NCBI GenBank assembly: GCA_963663865.1
Contig: OY760686.1
Coordinates: forward strand, 1,632,001 to 1,696,000
Length of the DNA stretch: 64,000 bases
Direction of reading: 5' to 3'
Origin: Spirochaetota bacterium
Lineage (GTDB): Bacteria > Spirochaetota > UBA4802 > UBA5550
A program made the position numbers and the translations under genes. The number at the start of each line of letters is the position of its first letter. Position 1 is the stretch's first letter. Positions 31,692 to 42,377 of the stretch are shown here, piece by piece. The notes under the pieces were generated by a model that saw only the letters and a program-made list of their open reading frames with translations, was not told where the DNA came from and ran no database searches.

Positions 31692-33407
31692 ATGTCTGCT
31701 GATAAAACTGATCTAAACGGAGCGGGAATAGAGAAAAAAAACGGGCCTGTTAGCTTTATTAAAGAAATTATCAATGAACATAACAGAACCGGACGCTTTG
31801 ACAATAAGGTCATAACCCGTTTTCCTCCGGAACCCAACGGTTATCTTCATATTGGCCACGCTAAATCAATTTGCCTTAATTTTGGTCTTGCGGCCGAGTA
31901 CGGCGGTGAATGCCACCTGAGGTTTGACGACACAAATCCAGTCAAGGAAGAAGACGAATATGTAGAGTCAATTAAGGACGATATTCGATGGCTGGGTTTT
32001 GATTGGGGAGAGCACCTCTATTTCGCTTCTGACTATTTTCAGCAGCTTTATGAATGGGCCATTAAGCTCATTAAAAAAGGCAAAGCCTATGTTTGCGACC
32101 TTAATGGTGAGCAGATTCGAGAATACAGGGGAACGCTTAAGGAACCTGGCAGGGAGAGCCCCTACAGAAACAGGACCGTTGAAGAAAACCTTGATCTTTT
32201 TGAAAGGATGAAAAATGGGGAATTCCCGGACGGCGCCAAGGTTCTGCGTGCTAAAATAGACATGGCATCTGGAAACATCAACATGAGAGACCCGGTCATG
32301 TACAGAATTCTTCACGCCGAGCATCATCGAACCGGGAACAGCTGGTGCATATACCCAATGTATGACTTTACGCATGGTCAGTCTGATTCGATTGAAAAGA
32401 TAACTCACTCAATATGCACGCTTGAGTTTGAGATACACAGGCCTTTGTATGACTGGTTTTGCGAAGAGCTTGAGATCTACCATCCTCAGCAGATTGAGTT
32501 CGCAAGGCTGAATCTGACATATACGGTAATGAGCAAGAGAAAGCTGCTTCAGCTCGTAAAGGAAGGCCACGTAAACGGATGGGATGATCCCAGAATGCCG
32601 ACTATCGCGGGACTAAGGCGAAGAGGATGCCCGCCGGGAGCGATTAGAGATTTCGCGGAGAAGATCGGTGTCGCAAGAGCGGACAGCACTGTCGACATGG
32701 CTTTTCTTGAATTCTGCCTGCGTGAAGAGCTTAACAGGACAGCTGAAAGGATGATGGCTGTCCTCAAGCCGCTTAAGCTCATTATCGACAACTACCCGGC
32801 GGACATGGAAGAGGAGGTGCTGTGCGAGAACAACCCAGAAGATCCGGCGGCAGGTGTAAGGAAGGTTGTATTTGCGCGTGAGCTGTACATAGAAGAAGAT
32901 GATTTCCGAGTTGAGCCTCCGAAAAAGTTTTTCAGGCTTTTCCCGGGCGGAGAGGTGAGGCTGAAACACGGGTATATTATCAGGTGTGAATCCTTCAACA
33001 CCGATGAATCGGGGCGAGTCACGGAAGTGCACTGTACCTACGATCCAGAATCAAGAAGCGGCGGGGATAGTTCCGGCCGAAAGGTCAAGGGGACTCTTCA
33101 CTGGGTGTCAGCAAGGCATGCTGTTCCGGCTGAAGTGCGGCTTTACGACAGGCTGTTTGTTTCAGAAAACCCTGATAGTGCGGAACCCGGCAAGTCTTTT
33201 CTGGATAATATCAATCCTGAATCGCTGGTAACAATAAATGATGCTCTTGTCGAACCTCTGCTTGCTGAAGCGCCATCAGGACAGAGCTTCCAGTTCATAA
33301 GGAACGGGTATTTTTACAAGGACCCTGATTCAAGGCCTGGCAGGCCGGTGTTTAACAGAACGGTGGGCTTGAGAGATTCCTGGGCCAAAATTGAAAAGAA
33401 AGGTTAG
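31692..33407 (+). CDS. glnS: Glutamine-tRNA ligase
   Basis: [29 protein letters not shown]. Confidence 0.97.
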   Translation: MSADKTDLNGAGIEKKNGPVSFIKEIINEHNRTGRFDNKVITRFPPEPNGYLHIGHAKSICLNFGLAAEYGGECHLRFDDTNPVKEEDEYVESIKDDIRWLGFDWGEHLYFASDYFQQLYEWAIKLIKKGKAYVCDLNGEQIREYRGTLKEPGRESPYRNRTVEENLDLFERMKNGEFPDGAKVLRAKIDMASGNINMRDPVMYRILHAEHHRTGNSWCIYPMYDFTHGQSDSIEKITHSICTLEFEIHRPLYDWFCEELEIYHPQQIEFARLNLTYTVMSKRKLLQLVKEGHVNGWDDPRMPTIAGLRRRGCPPGAIRDFAEKIGVARADSTVDMAFLEFCLREELNRTAERMMAVLKPLKLIIDNYPADMEEEVLCENNPEDPAAGVRKVVFARELYIEEDDFRVEPPKKFFRLFPGGEVRLKHGYIIRCESFNTDESGRVTEVHCTYDPESRSGGDSSGRKVKGTLHWVSARHAVPAEVRLYDRLFVSENPDSAEPGKSFLDNINPESLVTINDALVEPLLAEAPSGQSFQFIRNGYFYKDPDSRPGRPVFNRTVGLRDSWAKIEKKG

Positions 33408-33416
33408 ATGTTTGAT

Positions 33417-33446
33417 AAGGCCCCAGAAGTCAGCGGGGCCTTTTTT
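33417..33446 (+). terminator. Intrinsic terminator after glnS
   Basis: AAGGCCCC-loop-GGGGCCTT followed by T run. Confidence 0.7.
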
Positions 33447-34251
33447 ATTTGGATGCGGTCTCAAGAATTGAAATCTTCATGCCTCTTGCAGAGGACATCG
33501 CCCGCAGGACTGACAGAGGCATGTCGCTTTTCAGGTGATGATAGGCAAGCGCAATGTAGCGGCTGTGAGACTTCGGGCCCGGCCTTGTCGAGTCGACAAG
33601 GACCCATTTCCCGTCCACAAGAGCTTCCGCCCACATGTGGTATACGTAGCAGTTTTTCTCGCCCATGAATTCCGGTACAAGAATCATTCCCACTACGCCG
33701 CGGGAAGGTATTCCAAGCGAACGCAGAATAGCGATTGTCAGCACAGAGTGCTCAGTGCAGTCGCCTGTCCGGCTTCGGATGATATTGACGGCCGGCATCA
33801 TGGGCACTCCCGTCGTTTTGTCAGAGATAAGTCTGTCAACAAAGCTTTCAATCTCAGCTATGCTGCCCGATTTATTGCGGAGCTTTTGAGACAGCATCTT
33901 AACCTCCTGTGAATTGAGGTTTAGCAGGCGGGTGTTCGCAAGGTACTTCTTAATGTCAGTTTCTGCGGCGGGAGCAGGGAATAAACCAGATTTCAAGGTA
34001 ATGTGTTTCCGCTGGCCTTTAACTGCGGATGCAATTTTTTGCTGAAATGGCGTATCTGGAAGCGAAAAGGCGGACTCTGAAGAGCTGATCTCACAGGTGA
34101 TAAAGGGAGAGCTGAGGTATTCCGACTTCATGTTTTCCGCGTGGACAATAAACATGTCCGCCTGCTGAGCAATCGCATGCGGCTGAATCGCAGTAATCAG
34201 AATGGGCAGGGCAAAGAGCGCTTTACTAATAACGCCAGTGATTGATTTCAA
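33445..34251 (-). CDS. Transglutaminase-like domain protein (secreted)
   Basis: GDCTEHS, GIPSR, YHMWAE, W..VD catalytic triad. Confidence 0.85.
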   Translation of the reverse strand: MKSITGVISKALFALPILITAIQPHAIAQQADMFIVHAENMKSEYLSSPFITCEISSSESAFSLPDTPFQQKIASAVKGQRKHITLKSGLFPAPAAETDIKKYLANTRLLNLNSQEVKMLSQKLRNKSGSIAEIESFVDRLISDKTTGVPMMPAVNIIRSRTGDCTEHSVLTIAILRSLGIPSRGVVGMILVPEFMGEKNCYVYHMWAEALVDGKWVLVDSTRPGPKSHSRYIALAYHHLKSDMPLSVLRAMSSARGMKISILETASK

Positions 34252-34269
34252 GTGTGCTTTCCCTCAACT

Positions 34270-34959
34270 CTATTCAGAAATAATCATCTCAATTCTGTTG
34301 TTAAGCATAATAATCACGGCCTTCTTTACAATTCCGTTCTTATCCATATAGATGTCAATATTTTTGAATCCCTCAATTGACTGGCCGACGTGAATCAATC
34401 TCTCTTTTTTTCCGTTTATCTCGATATCTTTTTCTCCAAGAACAACAGCCTTTATTTCAACAGCTTCTTCAGGTTCGAGCGATGGGTCGTAGATTCTGGC
34501 GCTTATCTCTTTACCGGGTTTAAACCCGTGACGGATCATCTCAGCAAGAATGTAATTGCCGTCAAGGTGAAAGCCGCCTTCGATTTGAGCTGTCGCAGTA
34601 ACCCCCGCGCTTGTAACCTCTACAGTTCCGCCGTTAAAGACAGCTTTCGTGTCAATGTTCTGGATATTGCCGTTGTTTATGATTTTGTTGTTAATTTCGA
34701 TGCTGACCGGTTCGAATGATGCGGTTTCAGTAACAGTCTGAGTCATCGCGTTTGAAACAGGACCGATATTCATTTTCATCTCGGTTGTGATTTTGTATTT
34801 CCCGCCTGAAAAACTGTTTGATACCGCGGCCGTACCTATCTCGGTGCTGTTCATGATAAGCTTGTAGTTCCATTTCCCGGAGGGAATTTTCTCCGCGTGT
34901 TCCCTGCAGCCGGCGAGCATGCAGGCGGTTATTGCAAGAGTGAAGATTGTTTTTTTCAT
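34270..34959 (-). CDS. Hypothetical beta-rich lipoprotein
   Basis: MKKTIFTLAITACMLAGC lipobox at ATG 34959. Confidence 0.7.
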   Translation of the reverse strand: MKKTIFTLAITACMLAGCREHAEKIPSGKWNYKLIMNSTEIGTAAVSNSFSGGKYKITTEMKMNIGPVSNAMTQTVTETASFEPVSIEINNKIINNGNIQNIDTKAVFNGGTVEVTSAGVTATAQIEGGFHLDGNYILAEMIRHGFKPGKEISARIYDPSLEPEEAVEIKAVVLGEKDIEINGKKERLIHVGQSIEGFKNIDIYMDKNGIVKKAVIIMLNNRIEMIISE

Positions 34960-34963
34960 GTCA

Positions 34964-35980
34964 CTATCCTTTCCTGAAGTGGTCAAATCCCCTGGGGTTG
35001 ACCACTTCAATTTTATTTCCATCCTTGAGGAGGATATAGCCTGTTTCTGTTACGGTTCCTATTCTTGAAATTCCCTCGGCCTGAGCGTCTTTTTCATTCG
35101 AGGTGAAGAGCAGTTCATACTCCTCACCGCTGTTCAGAGCGTAGACGGCAGGATCGGCATGGATATTCCTGCAGTGTGCTGTCAGTTCAGGGAGAACCGG
35201 AATGGACTCAGCTTCGATTACAAAGCCGGTCTTAGAAGAACAACAAATATGTCCGAGGTCGGAGAGCAGACCATCAGAGATGTCAATCATTGATGTAGGC
35301 TTGAAGGTGTTGAGTATATTTTCAACCATGCCGCTCCTTACGGGAGGACAGTTATGTCTGTCCAGAAGAACCGGGTGAATCATTGGACTAAAGGCTGTTC
35401 TTTCAAGGATTACATCAAGTCCGGCCATGGATGATCCAAGTGTCCCGGTAACAAAGATGCTGTCGCCCGGACGGGCTCCGGAGCGCTTAAGAGGCGATTC
35501 TCCATTCTTTTCGCCGTAAAGAGCTATGTTTAAAACCAGCACCTCAGATTTCGACAGGTCGCCGCCGCTTATAGCGCAGCCGCAGGAGGAGGCAGCGGCT
35601 GTCATGCCTTCATAGAGTCCGAGGACGCTCTCTTCAGACATCGCCTCTGGAATGCCCAGAGACACAAACGCGAGAAGCGGGTGTCCGCCCATGGCCGATA
35701 TGTCGGAGATGTTTGAGACCATGGCTTTGTATCCGATGTCGCGGGGAGTGGACTTGCTCAGCAAAAAGTGCTGGTTCTCAATGCTGATGTCGGTGGTGAA
35801 AAGCCCGTATCGATCAGGGCCCAGCGAATACACGGCGCAGTCATCGCCGATTCCGGTGAGAAGTCCGGGAATCTCAGCTCCCCTGGAAGCAATTACTTCA
35901 ATTTTCTTTATAAGGTCCTTCTCATCCTTAACCGGATGTGAGGGACCCTGTGCTCCGGATGTCCGTCCGAATCTTTCCAT
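34964..35980 (-). CDS. thiL: Thiamine-monophosphate kinase
   Basis: GIGDDCA, NISDISAMGG, GGD, DISDGL, GEEYEL. Confidence 0.94.
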   Translation of the reverse strand: MERFGRTSGAQGPSHPVKDEKDLIKKIEVIASRGAEIPGLLTGIGDDCAVYSLGPDRYGLFTTDISIENQHFLLSKSTPRDIGYKAMVSNISDISAMGGHPLLAFVSLGIPEAMSEESVLGLYEGMTAAASSCGCAISGGDLSKSEVLVLNIALYGEKNGESPLKRSGARPGDSIFVTGTLGSSMAGLDVILERTAFSPMIHPVLLDRHNCPPVRSGMVENILNTFKPTSMIDISDGLLSDLGHICCSSKTGFVIEAESIPVLPELTAHCRNIHADPAVYALNSGEEYELLFTSNEKDAQAEGISRIGTVTETGYILLKDGNKIEVVNPRGFDHFRKG

Positions 35981-35981
35981 T

Positions 35982-37418
35982 TCAGTGTGCGTACTTTTCT
36001 CCGCAGAATTTTATTCTCTGTAAAAGCCTGTCAAGGCCGATAAGCGGCAGGGCCCGGTGCAGGTCGGGGCCCTTAAGCCTTCCGGTAATGATCGCGCGGG
36101 CCGGCATGAAGAGCTTCTTCCCGGATTGACCGGAATTTTCCTTGAGCATCTCCAGAAAGTCAGTGAAGTTTTCAGCTGTAAGTGAGGCGGCTATGTCCGA
36201 AGCGGCCTTTATTACTGCGGCTGCGTAATCTTCATTCAGCATTGCGTCGGCTTCATCATCGGGCTTACAGACATCGTCCAGAAATATGCCGGCGAAAGCT
36301 TTAATGTCGGAAAGGACCTCGCAGTTGCCCTTCAGAAGCTCGGAAAGCCCGTTCAACAGCTCGGAATCTATGTTGTTTATGTCATAGCCGGCCTTCTCTA
36401 TGTATGGAGAGAAAAGAGGAGCGAGTTCGTTTCCTGAAAGCTGTTTGATATAGGCGTTGTTCATCCACTTGAGCTTCTGGAAATCAAAAATAGCCGAACT
36501 TTTGCCTAACTTGTCGAGTTCAAACTCCTTTAGCATTTCGTCGAAAGGCATAATTTCGCTTCCGGCTTCGGTTGCCCATCCGAGAGAGGTGAGATAGTTG
36601 ACCAGAGCCTGGGGCAGATATCCCTCTTCACGGTACAGATTAACCGACGTAATGCCGTGACGCTTGCTCAGCTTGGCCCGGTCGCTTCCGACGATGAGAG
36701 GCAGGTGGGCATATTCGGGCACATTGATTCCGAGGGTTCTTGCGATAAGAATCTGCTTTGGCGTATTCGACAGATGATCTTCACCCCTTACAACATGCGA
36801 GACTTCCATTAACGCGTCATCTATGACGACAATGTAGTTGTAAACGGGCACTCCGTCAGATCTTACTATAATAAAGTCTCCGCCTATGTTTCCTGAATCA
36901 AATTCAACGCTGCCCTTGAGGTGATCGTCGAATTGAATCTTCTCGTTCGGCGGGACCTGAAAGCGTACAGTCGGTTTTCTGCCTTCTGCCTCATAGGCAG
37001 CTTTCTGTTCGGCTGTCAGATGTCTGCATTTTCCGGAGTATTCGAAAGAAGTGGTTTTGCCTTCGCTGTCCTTGCGCATATCCTCAAGCTCTTCTTTTGT
37101 GCAGTAGCAGTGATAGGCCTTGCCTTCGGAAAGAAGCTTTTCCGTGTATTTAGCGTAAATATCGAATCTTTCCGATTGACGATATGGACCGAAATTGCCT
37201 CCCATGTCCGGCCCTTCAGTCCATTCGATACCCAGCCATCGGAGATCGTCCATGATTGAACGTTCAGACTCAATCGTGCTGCGTTCGAGGTCGGTGTCCT
37301 CAACCCTGAGAACAAGGTCGGCGTTGTATTTTTTGGATACTATGTAGTTAATTACAGCTGTTCTGGCATTGCCTATATGAAGGAAGCCCGTCGGGCTTGG
37401 CGCAAATCTTACTCTCAT
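35982..37418 (-). CDS. gltX: Glutamate-tRNA ligase
   Basis: RFAPSPTGFLHIG, RGEDH, KLSKR. Confidence 0.97.
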   Translation of the reverse strand: MRVRFAPSPTGFLHIGNARTAVINYIVSKKYNADLVLRVEDTDLERSTIESERSIMDDLRWLGIEWTEGPDMGGNFGPYRQSERFDIYAKYTEKLLSEGKAYHCYCTKEELEDMRKDSEGKTTSFEYSGKCRHLTAEQKAAYEAEGRKPTVRFQVPPNEKIQFDDHLKGSVEFDSGNIGGDFIIVRSDGVPVYNYIVVIDDALMEVSHVVRGEDHLSNTPKQILIARTLGINVPEYAHLPLIVGSDRAKLSKRHGITSVNLYREEGYLPQALVNYLTSLGWATEAGSEIMPFDEMLKEFELDKLGKSSAIFDFQKLKWMNNAYIKQLSGNELAPLFSPYIEKAGYDINNIDSELLNGLSELLKGNCEVLSDIKAFAGIFLDDVCKPDDEADAMLNEDYAAAVIKAASDIAASLTAENFTDFLEMLKENSGQSGKKLFMPARAIITGRLKGPDLHRALPLIGLDRLLQRIKFCGEKYAH

Positions 37419-37630
37419 GTAATTCTCCTTATTAGTGTTGTATAGATTTTCCCGGTACAGCCGTGTGTCAATTAAAAAAGGTAATATACGCGGGGGCAGA
37501 AGGCCGAGTTTTTTGATCTTTTTTTGTGAAAACTGTTTGAATACGCTTTGTTATGTGTTATAGTCGAGTAACGGTTGTTTCATAATTATTAAATTTCGAA
37601 TTAAGAAAAAAGGCAAATGGGTGGTTTACT

Positions 37631-38017
37631 ATGCCGGATAGCGGAGTTGTTCTTGTAATGGATGATGAGGATTTCATTCGCGAGATTGCGGGTGAGATGC
37701 TTCTGGATGCAGGTTTAACGTATCTGGGCGCTGCCGATGGAGAAGAGGCAGTCAGACTGGTCAAGTCCTCTCTGGAAAGTCCCGAAGGTGAAAGAATTTC
37801 TATCGCCGTGCTTGATTTGACAGTGCCTACGGGCATGGGCGGCCTTGAAGCCGCCGGCATTTTAAGGGGGCTGGCTCCTGATATCAGGCTGGTGGCTTCG
37901 AGCGGATTCTGTAATGATCCGGCTATGTCCAATCCTCAGGAAAACGGCTTCGACGCGAGCATAAGGAAGCCGTACAGACAGGACGAGTTTATCGCGCTTT
38001 TAAAAAAAATGCTCTAA
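37631..38017 (+). CDS. Single-domain response regulator receiver
   Basis: VMDDE, LDL, SSG, KPY. Confidence 0.85.
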   Translation: MPDSGVVLVMDDEDFIREIAGEMLLDAGLTYLGAADGEEAVRLVKSSLESPEGERISIAVLDLTVPTGMGGLEAAGILRGLAPDIRLVASSGFCNDPAMSNPQENGFDASIRKPYRQDEFIALLKKML

Positions 38018-38092
38018 CAATCGGTTCCGGCAAAGCACTGTCAGTAATCAAATAATGATTGACCTCAGTAATTCTGCTGTCATGATGTGACT

Positions 38093-38167
38093 GTTCAACA
38101 GGGGTGCCCTACGGGGCTGAGATTATACCCTTAGAACCTGATCCGGGTAATGCCGGCGAAGGGAGTT
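38093..38167 (+). ncRNA. TPP riboswitch
   Basis: GGGGTGC...GGCTGAGA..ATACCC..AGAACCTGATCCGGGTAATGCCGGCGAAGGGAG consensus upstream of thi genes. Confidence 0.95.
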
Positions 38168-38238
38168 CGGATATCCTTAATACATTCCCCATTCTCTCCA
38201 ACCAGCATTGCCTCCGGAATTACAAGGAGGAATAGTCC

Positions 38239-39012
38239 ATGGAACAAAAGGTCTCACTCTCAATCATCGATTCGTACTTTTCACTGTTAAAGGACAATCT
38301 TAAGGTGGATGTTGCCATCGCCGGCGGAGGGCCTTCAGGGCTGTACGCGGCATACCTGCTGGCAAAGAAAGGCATTAAGACCGCGCTTTACGAAAGGAAG
38401 CTGGCCCCCGGCGGCGGAATGTGGGGCGGAGCCATGATGTTTAACCGAATTTTTGTGCAGGAAGAAATTGCGCCTGTCTTTGACGAACTCGGTATACGCT
38501 ATGAGAAGAGCAATGGCGGGCTTGTCGCGGATTCGGTTCAGGCGACGTCGGCGCTCATATACAGGGCTGTAAGCGCGGGCGCTTCAATATTCAACTGCTA
38601 TTCAATTGAGGATGTTATTCTGAAAAAAGGAAGGGTCTCCGGAATCGTAGTCAACTGGGCCCCCGTGCACCGGGAAGGGCTTCATGTTGACCCGCTTATG
38701 ATAGAGGCAGAGGCGGTGATTGACGGCACGGGCCATCCCTGCGAGATCGCTTCCATTCTTGCGAAAAAAAACGATGTAAAGCTGTTCACGGCAACCGGCG
38801 GGATAGTTGGCGAGATGTCTCTCGATATGGATGAGGGAGAAAGGACTACAGTTGAGAATTCCGGTCCTGTTTTCCCAGGGCTGTACGTATGCGGCATGGC
38901 GGCAAACGGCGTAAAAGGCAGTTTCAGGATGGGGCCGATCTTCGGCGGGATGCTTAAGTCCGGCGCTAAGGTAGCTGAAATCATTATGGAAGAGCTCAGG
39001 AATGCTGATTGA
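38239..39012 (+). CDS. thi4: Sulfide-dependent thiazole synthase (Thi4, non-Cys type)
   Basis: GGGPSG, GGGMWGG, LHVDP, D.TGH, RMGPIFGGML.SG. Confidence 0.93.
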   Translation: MEQKVSLSIIDSYFSLLKDNLKVDVAIAGGGPSGLYAAYLLAKKGIKTALYERKLAPGGGMWGGAMMFNRIFVQEEIAPVFDELGIRYEKSNGGLVADSVQATSALIYRAVSAGASIFNCYSIEDVILKKGRVSGIVVNWAPVHREGLHVDPLMIEAEAVIDGTGHPCEIASILAKKNDVKLFTATGGIVGEMSLDMDEGERTTVENSGPVFPGLYVCGMAANGVKGSFRMGPIFGGMLKSGAKVAEIIMEELRNAD

Positions 39013-39631
39013 CCGCGATCTTTACATTATCATGACCAGGCCCCGTATCGGTTACTTGCCCTTCCTTGAAATCTGCATTGAGGAGGGGCTGCCTCTCGTT
39101 CAGCTGAGGGATAAGACTCTTACTGACCGTGAGCTATTTGAAACCGCCGTGAAGCTGTCAGAAGCGGCAAGAGGCACCGGGACGGCTCTGATAATCAACG
39201 ACAGGCCGGACATCGCTGCCATGTGCGGAGCGGGGGGCTTTCACCTCGGACAAGATGATGTTCCGCTGGAAGCCGTAAGGGTGAAGATTCCTGAGTGCAG
39301 AGGGCTCATCACTGGAATATCAACCCACTCGAAGGAGCAGGCCGAAGAGGCATTCAGTCTTTCACCTGACTATATCGGTTTTGGCCCTGTCTATCCGACT
39401 CCGACAAAGGAAAAACCGGATGTTCCGGTCGGAACAGACTCTGTCGCACAGATAGCAGGCTCAAGTCCATGTCCTGTGGTTTTTATAGGTGGGCTTTTTC
39501 CCGACAACATGGCGGCATTGCTTGAAAACGGCGCAAGAGTGATTTGTTCAGTGAGGTACCTCAACGAGTCCGATAATCCCGGAACGAGGATAAGGGAATT
39601 GAGGCGGATGATTCAATCGTATATTTCGTAG
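39002..39631 (+). CDS. thiE: Thiamine-phosphate synthase
   Basis: QLRDK, IND, HLGQDD, STH, GPVYPT.TK. Confidence 0.93.
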   Translation: MLIDRDLYIIMTRPRIGYLPFLEICIEEGLPLVQLRDKTLTDRELFETAVKLSEAARGTGTALIINDRPDIAAMCGAGGFHLGQDDVPLEAVRVKIPECRGLITGISTHSKEQAEEAFSLSPDYIGFGPVYPTPTKEKPDVPVGTDSVAQIAGSSPCPVVFIGGLFPDNMAALLENGARVICSVRYLNESDNPGTRIRELRRMIQSYIS

Positions 39632-40203
39632 CAGCCGTAGTCTTCTCTCTTGAGAAGACGGTTAATATCCTTGATGTTGAAGAAATCCCTGTCGAAGTCT
39701 TCTCCGAGCCAGGCAAGCACCTCTTCATATTCTTCACTCCCGGGATCTGTAAGAATATCAAGCATGTCCTCAAAACCTCCGGGGCCCCCGCAGTCTTCAG
39801 GCGGGCAGGCCCTTTCTCCGTCAAGGCATTGAGGATGTTTCAGGGGCCTGTCGTCAATTATATCGAGAAGTTCGATTTTGTGTTCCCAGCCGTCGCCGAA
39901 GTCGTAATCGTAGTGTAGAATTTCGCCTTTAGCAGTCAGAAGGCGGGAAAGGGTGATTTTCCTGTAGTCAACATACTCCAGAAGAGATTCATCATCCGGT
40001 AAAGAATAGAGGACATCTTTATGTCTGAACTGATGCAGGTGGCTGGAAGTCCAGCCCATAACCGTCTGTATGACGCGGTGCAGGTCAGGCAGCTTTATAG
40101 TTGAGGGGACAAGAAAAGTCCTCCATATTTCAGGAGTAATATCCTCAAGGGTAATTTTCAGCAGATACGCTCTTGAAGGTTTGAATTCGATAATCTCAGC
40201 CAT
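39613..40203 (-). CDS. pRiA4b ORF-3 family protein
   Basis: IWR...VP, LH.VIQ..MGW...HLH.F, YDFGDGWEH, ACPPEDCGG. Confidence 0.9.
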   Translation of the reverse strand: MAEIIEFKPSRAYLLKITLEDITPEIWRTFLVPSTIKLPDLHRVIQTVMGWTSSHLHQFRHKDVLYSLPDDESLLEYVDYRKITLSRLLTAKGEILHYDYDFGDGWEHKIELLDIIDDRPLKHPQCLDGERACPPEDCGGPGGFEDMLDILTDPGSEEYEEVLAWLGEDFDRDFFNIKDINRLLKREDYGCYEIYD

Positions 40204-40473
40204 TCAGGGTTCCTTATTCTTTGTTGTATGTTTTCAAAAGGATACTTGATTTTTGTCAAGACGAAATCTGCCGAATCGTCTCAGAACAGCATTTATCCTG
40301 AAACCAGATGTTAAATATTGTATGCGAATTGAAGCATAAGACGATCAGCTTAACAACAAAAGATAGCATAAAAAGCGGATGTAAACAGCTAAATATAACT
40401 AACTCGGGGAGTGAAGCGAGATGCATGCGTTCAGGAAGCGGAGCTGACTGCCTCCTGAACGTTGATGTAATAT

Positions 40474-42219
40474 TTAGCGTGGAAATCCGCCGGTTGTGCC
40501 GGATGATCCGACTGACGTTACGGATGAGGATACCGTGAAGGTCGCGGATATCTCGCCTCCAGAATACTCAATCCCGTCCAGGAGAAGGCCTTCGAAGATC
40601 GAACCGGAGGAAGCGCTCCCGCCGCTGTAGAGGCTGTATTCGGTTCCAGTGAGTATAAGTGGAGAAGATATCACAGCTGTGCTGCCCGACGCGGGGATCA
40701 CAGCGGCAAAGGCCGTATTGCCTTCCGGGTCAAGCACGGCGAGTATATCACCGGCTTTCGAACCAGAGCTGCTTACGACAAGGACATTCTGTGTGCAGGC
40801 TGAAGCTGTTGGAGTGCTTGTCGATCCTCCAATACCGATCAGAGTGCCGCCGGTTATTGAAAAGGTGTTCTGGTCGCAGTCAAAGGCGCCTTCGGGAGCT
40901 GCGGCGCCTGATGCAACGATGTAACCTCCGTTTATGGTCAGCGTGCCGTTTGAATCAATAGAGTCGTTTGCCGTACTGACCGCAAAAATACAACCTCCGT
41001 TTATGACTATGCTGGTTCCCGCGTTTATCGCGTCGTCGGCCGTGCTTATCGTGATATAGCCGCTGTTGATAACTACGCTGCTCTTGCCTTCTATTCCCTC
41101 GGGGCTGCAGCTGATCCCTTCAACCTCGTCTTCGTATGGAGTGCCTGTTGTTGTTATGTTTATTATGCCGCTGTTGATTGTCACAGTCGGGTTCGGGTCG
41201 TCGTCAGTCGTTGCAGTTGTGTAATCCTCTTCGATGTCCCATGAGGCGGTAATTCCCTTGCTCACTGAGGTTATGTTAATTGTGCCGCCGTTTATGACAA
41301 CATAGCCCTTGCCGGCTCCCCCCTCTTCATCTGTTCCGTCGACCTTGATACCTTTGCTCTCCTTGTCTTCCTTTGTCCCGGTAGCGTTTATTTTAAGGCT
41401 GCCGTCATCAAATATGAAGCCGTTTATGCATCGTACAGCGTCTCTGGCGCTAACGTCAACATTGAGCTCTCCTGAGCTGACTCTGATATGCTCCTGAGCA
41501 TATATCCCGTGTTTGTAGTTACCTGAAACAGAGATGCTGCCGCTCCCGCCGAAAATCAGCGCCCCGCCGCTGAATAGGGACGCATCATAGTCTTCAGCGG
41601 ATTCTGCCCTTGATGACTGGTCCGAAAGGCTGTTTTCAGTGCCTTCTGCTGATACAATGAAAGCTCTGGACGCAGAAGGAAGCAGCAGCGCGGCCGAGTC
41701 AGGCGAGCTTATTGAAGCGTTTGAAAGCAGAATCTGAAAGTCGGCGTTGGGGCTGCTCACAGTGACGCTTCCACTGAGTGTCCCGGAAAGGCTGTATATG
41801 ATATTTTCCGTGGTGTCTGATTCAATGGCGATGCCGTATTCATTGAGATAGACGGAAATGCTGCCCGAAACCCCGGTGTAAACCGTTGCGGTAGCAGACG
41901 TGATGTTTGTTTCTGATGGATCCGCGACTTTGACAGTCCTGTCAGTAAGATTGATGTTTACCGTGGCTGCGAAAGTGATGTTTGACAATACTTCTGCGGC
42001 TTCATAGGTCGCGGATGATTCATCGGCTACTGATACCGAGTAAGCTGAAGAGTCAACTTCAGTGTTTGCCAGAGTTGAACCGCCTCCGGAAGGCGTGTCG
42101 TTTGTGATATCTCCATCTTCGTTATCAGGCGATGTTGAATCATCTGAGCCGCATGATACAGCCAGAGCCAATAGAGCTGACGTAAGGAGAAGAGAAAGAG
42201 TTTTTTGTCCAAAAGACAT
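40474..42219 (-). CDS. Cthe_2159-like (DUF4353) carbohydrate-binding beta-helix lipoprotein
   Basis: Lipobox AVSC; repeated I.GG.I.I, DDAINA, DSIDSNG.L.INGG, DCD. Confidence 0.8.
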   Translation of the reverse strand: MSFGQKTLSLLLTSALLALAVSCGSDDSTSPDNEDGDITNDTPSGGGSTLANTEVDSSAYSVSVADESSATYEAAEVLSNITFAATVNINLTDRTVKVADPSETNITSATATVYTGVSGSISVYLNEYGIAIESDTTENIIYSLSGTLSGSVTVSSPNADFQILLSNASISSPDSAALLLPSASRAFIVSAEGTENSLSDQSSRAESAEDYDASLFSGGALIFGGSGSISVSGNYKHGIYAQEHIRVSSGELNVDVSARDAVRCINGFIFDDGSLKINATGTKEDKESKGIKVDGTDEEGGAGKGYVVINGGTINITSVSKGITASWDIEEDYTTATTDDDPNPTVTINSGIINITTTGTPYEDEVEGISCSPEGIEGKSSVVINSGYITISTADDAINAGTSIVINGGCIFAVSTANDSIDSNGTLTINGGYIVASGAAAPEGAFDCDQNTFSITGGTLIGIGGSTSTPTASACTQNVLVVSSSGSKAGDILAVLDPEGNTAFAAVIPASGSTAVISSPLILTGTEYSLYSGGSASSGSIFEGLLLDGIEYSGGEISATFTVSSSVTSVGSSGTTGGFPR

Positions 42220-42260
42220 AATTATGCCCCCGTTCTTATGATGTTTGTGAAAAGGTGAGA

Positions 42261-42289
42261 TTAGACCTGATGGAGTCAGTTTCGGTTCC
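42261..42289 (-). promoter_or_regulatory. Candidate ECF-sigma promoter for the beta-helix lipoprotein
   Basis: Minus strand GGAACC-N17-GTCTAA about 40 bp upstream of the start codon. Confidence 0.45.
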
Positions 42290-42377
42290 GATGCTTGAAA
42301 AAATAAGGGGCGATAAAACAGGATTTATGGAGATGAATAAATAATGAACAGCCGGGAAAAGCACAAAAAATATTTTG

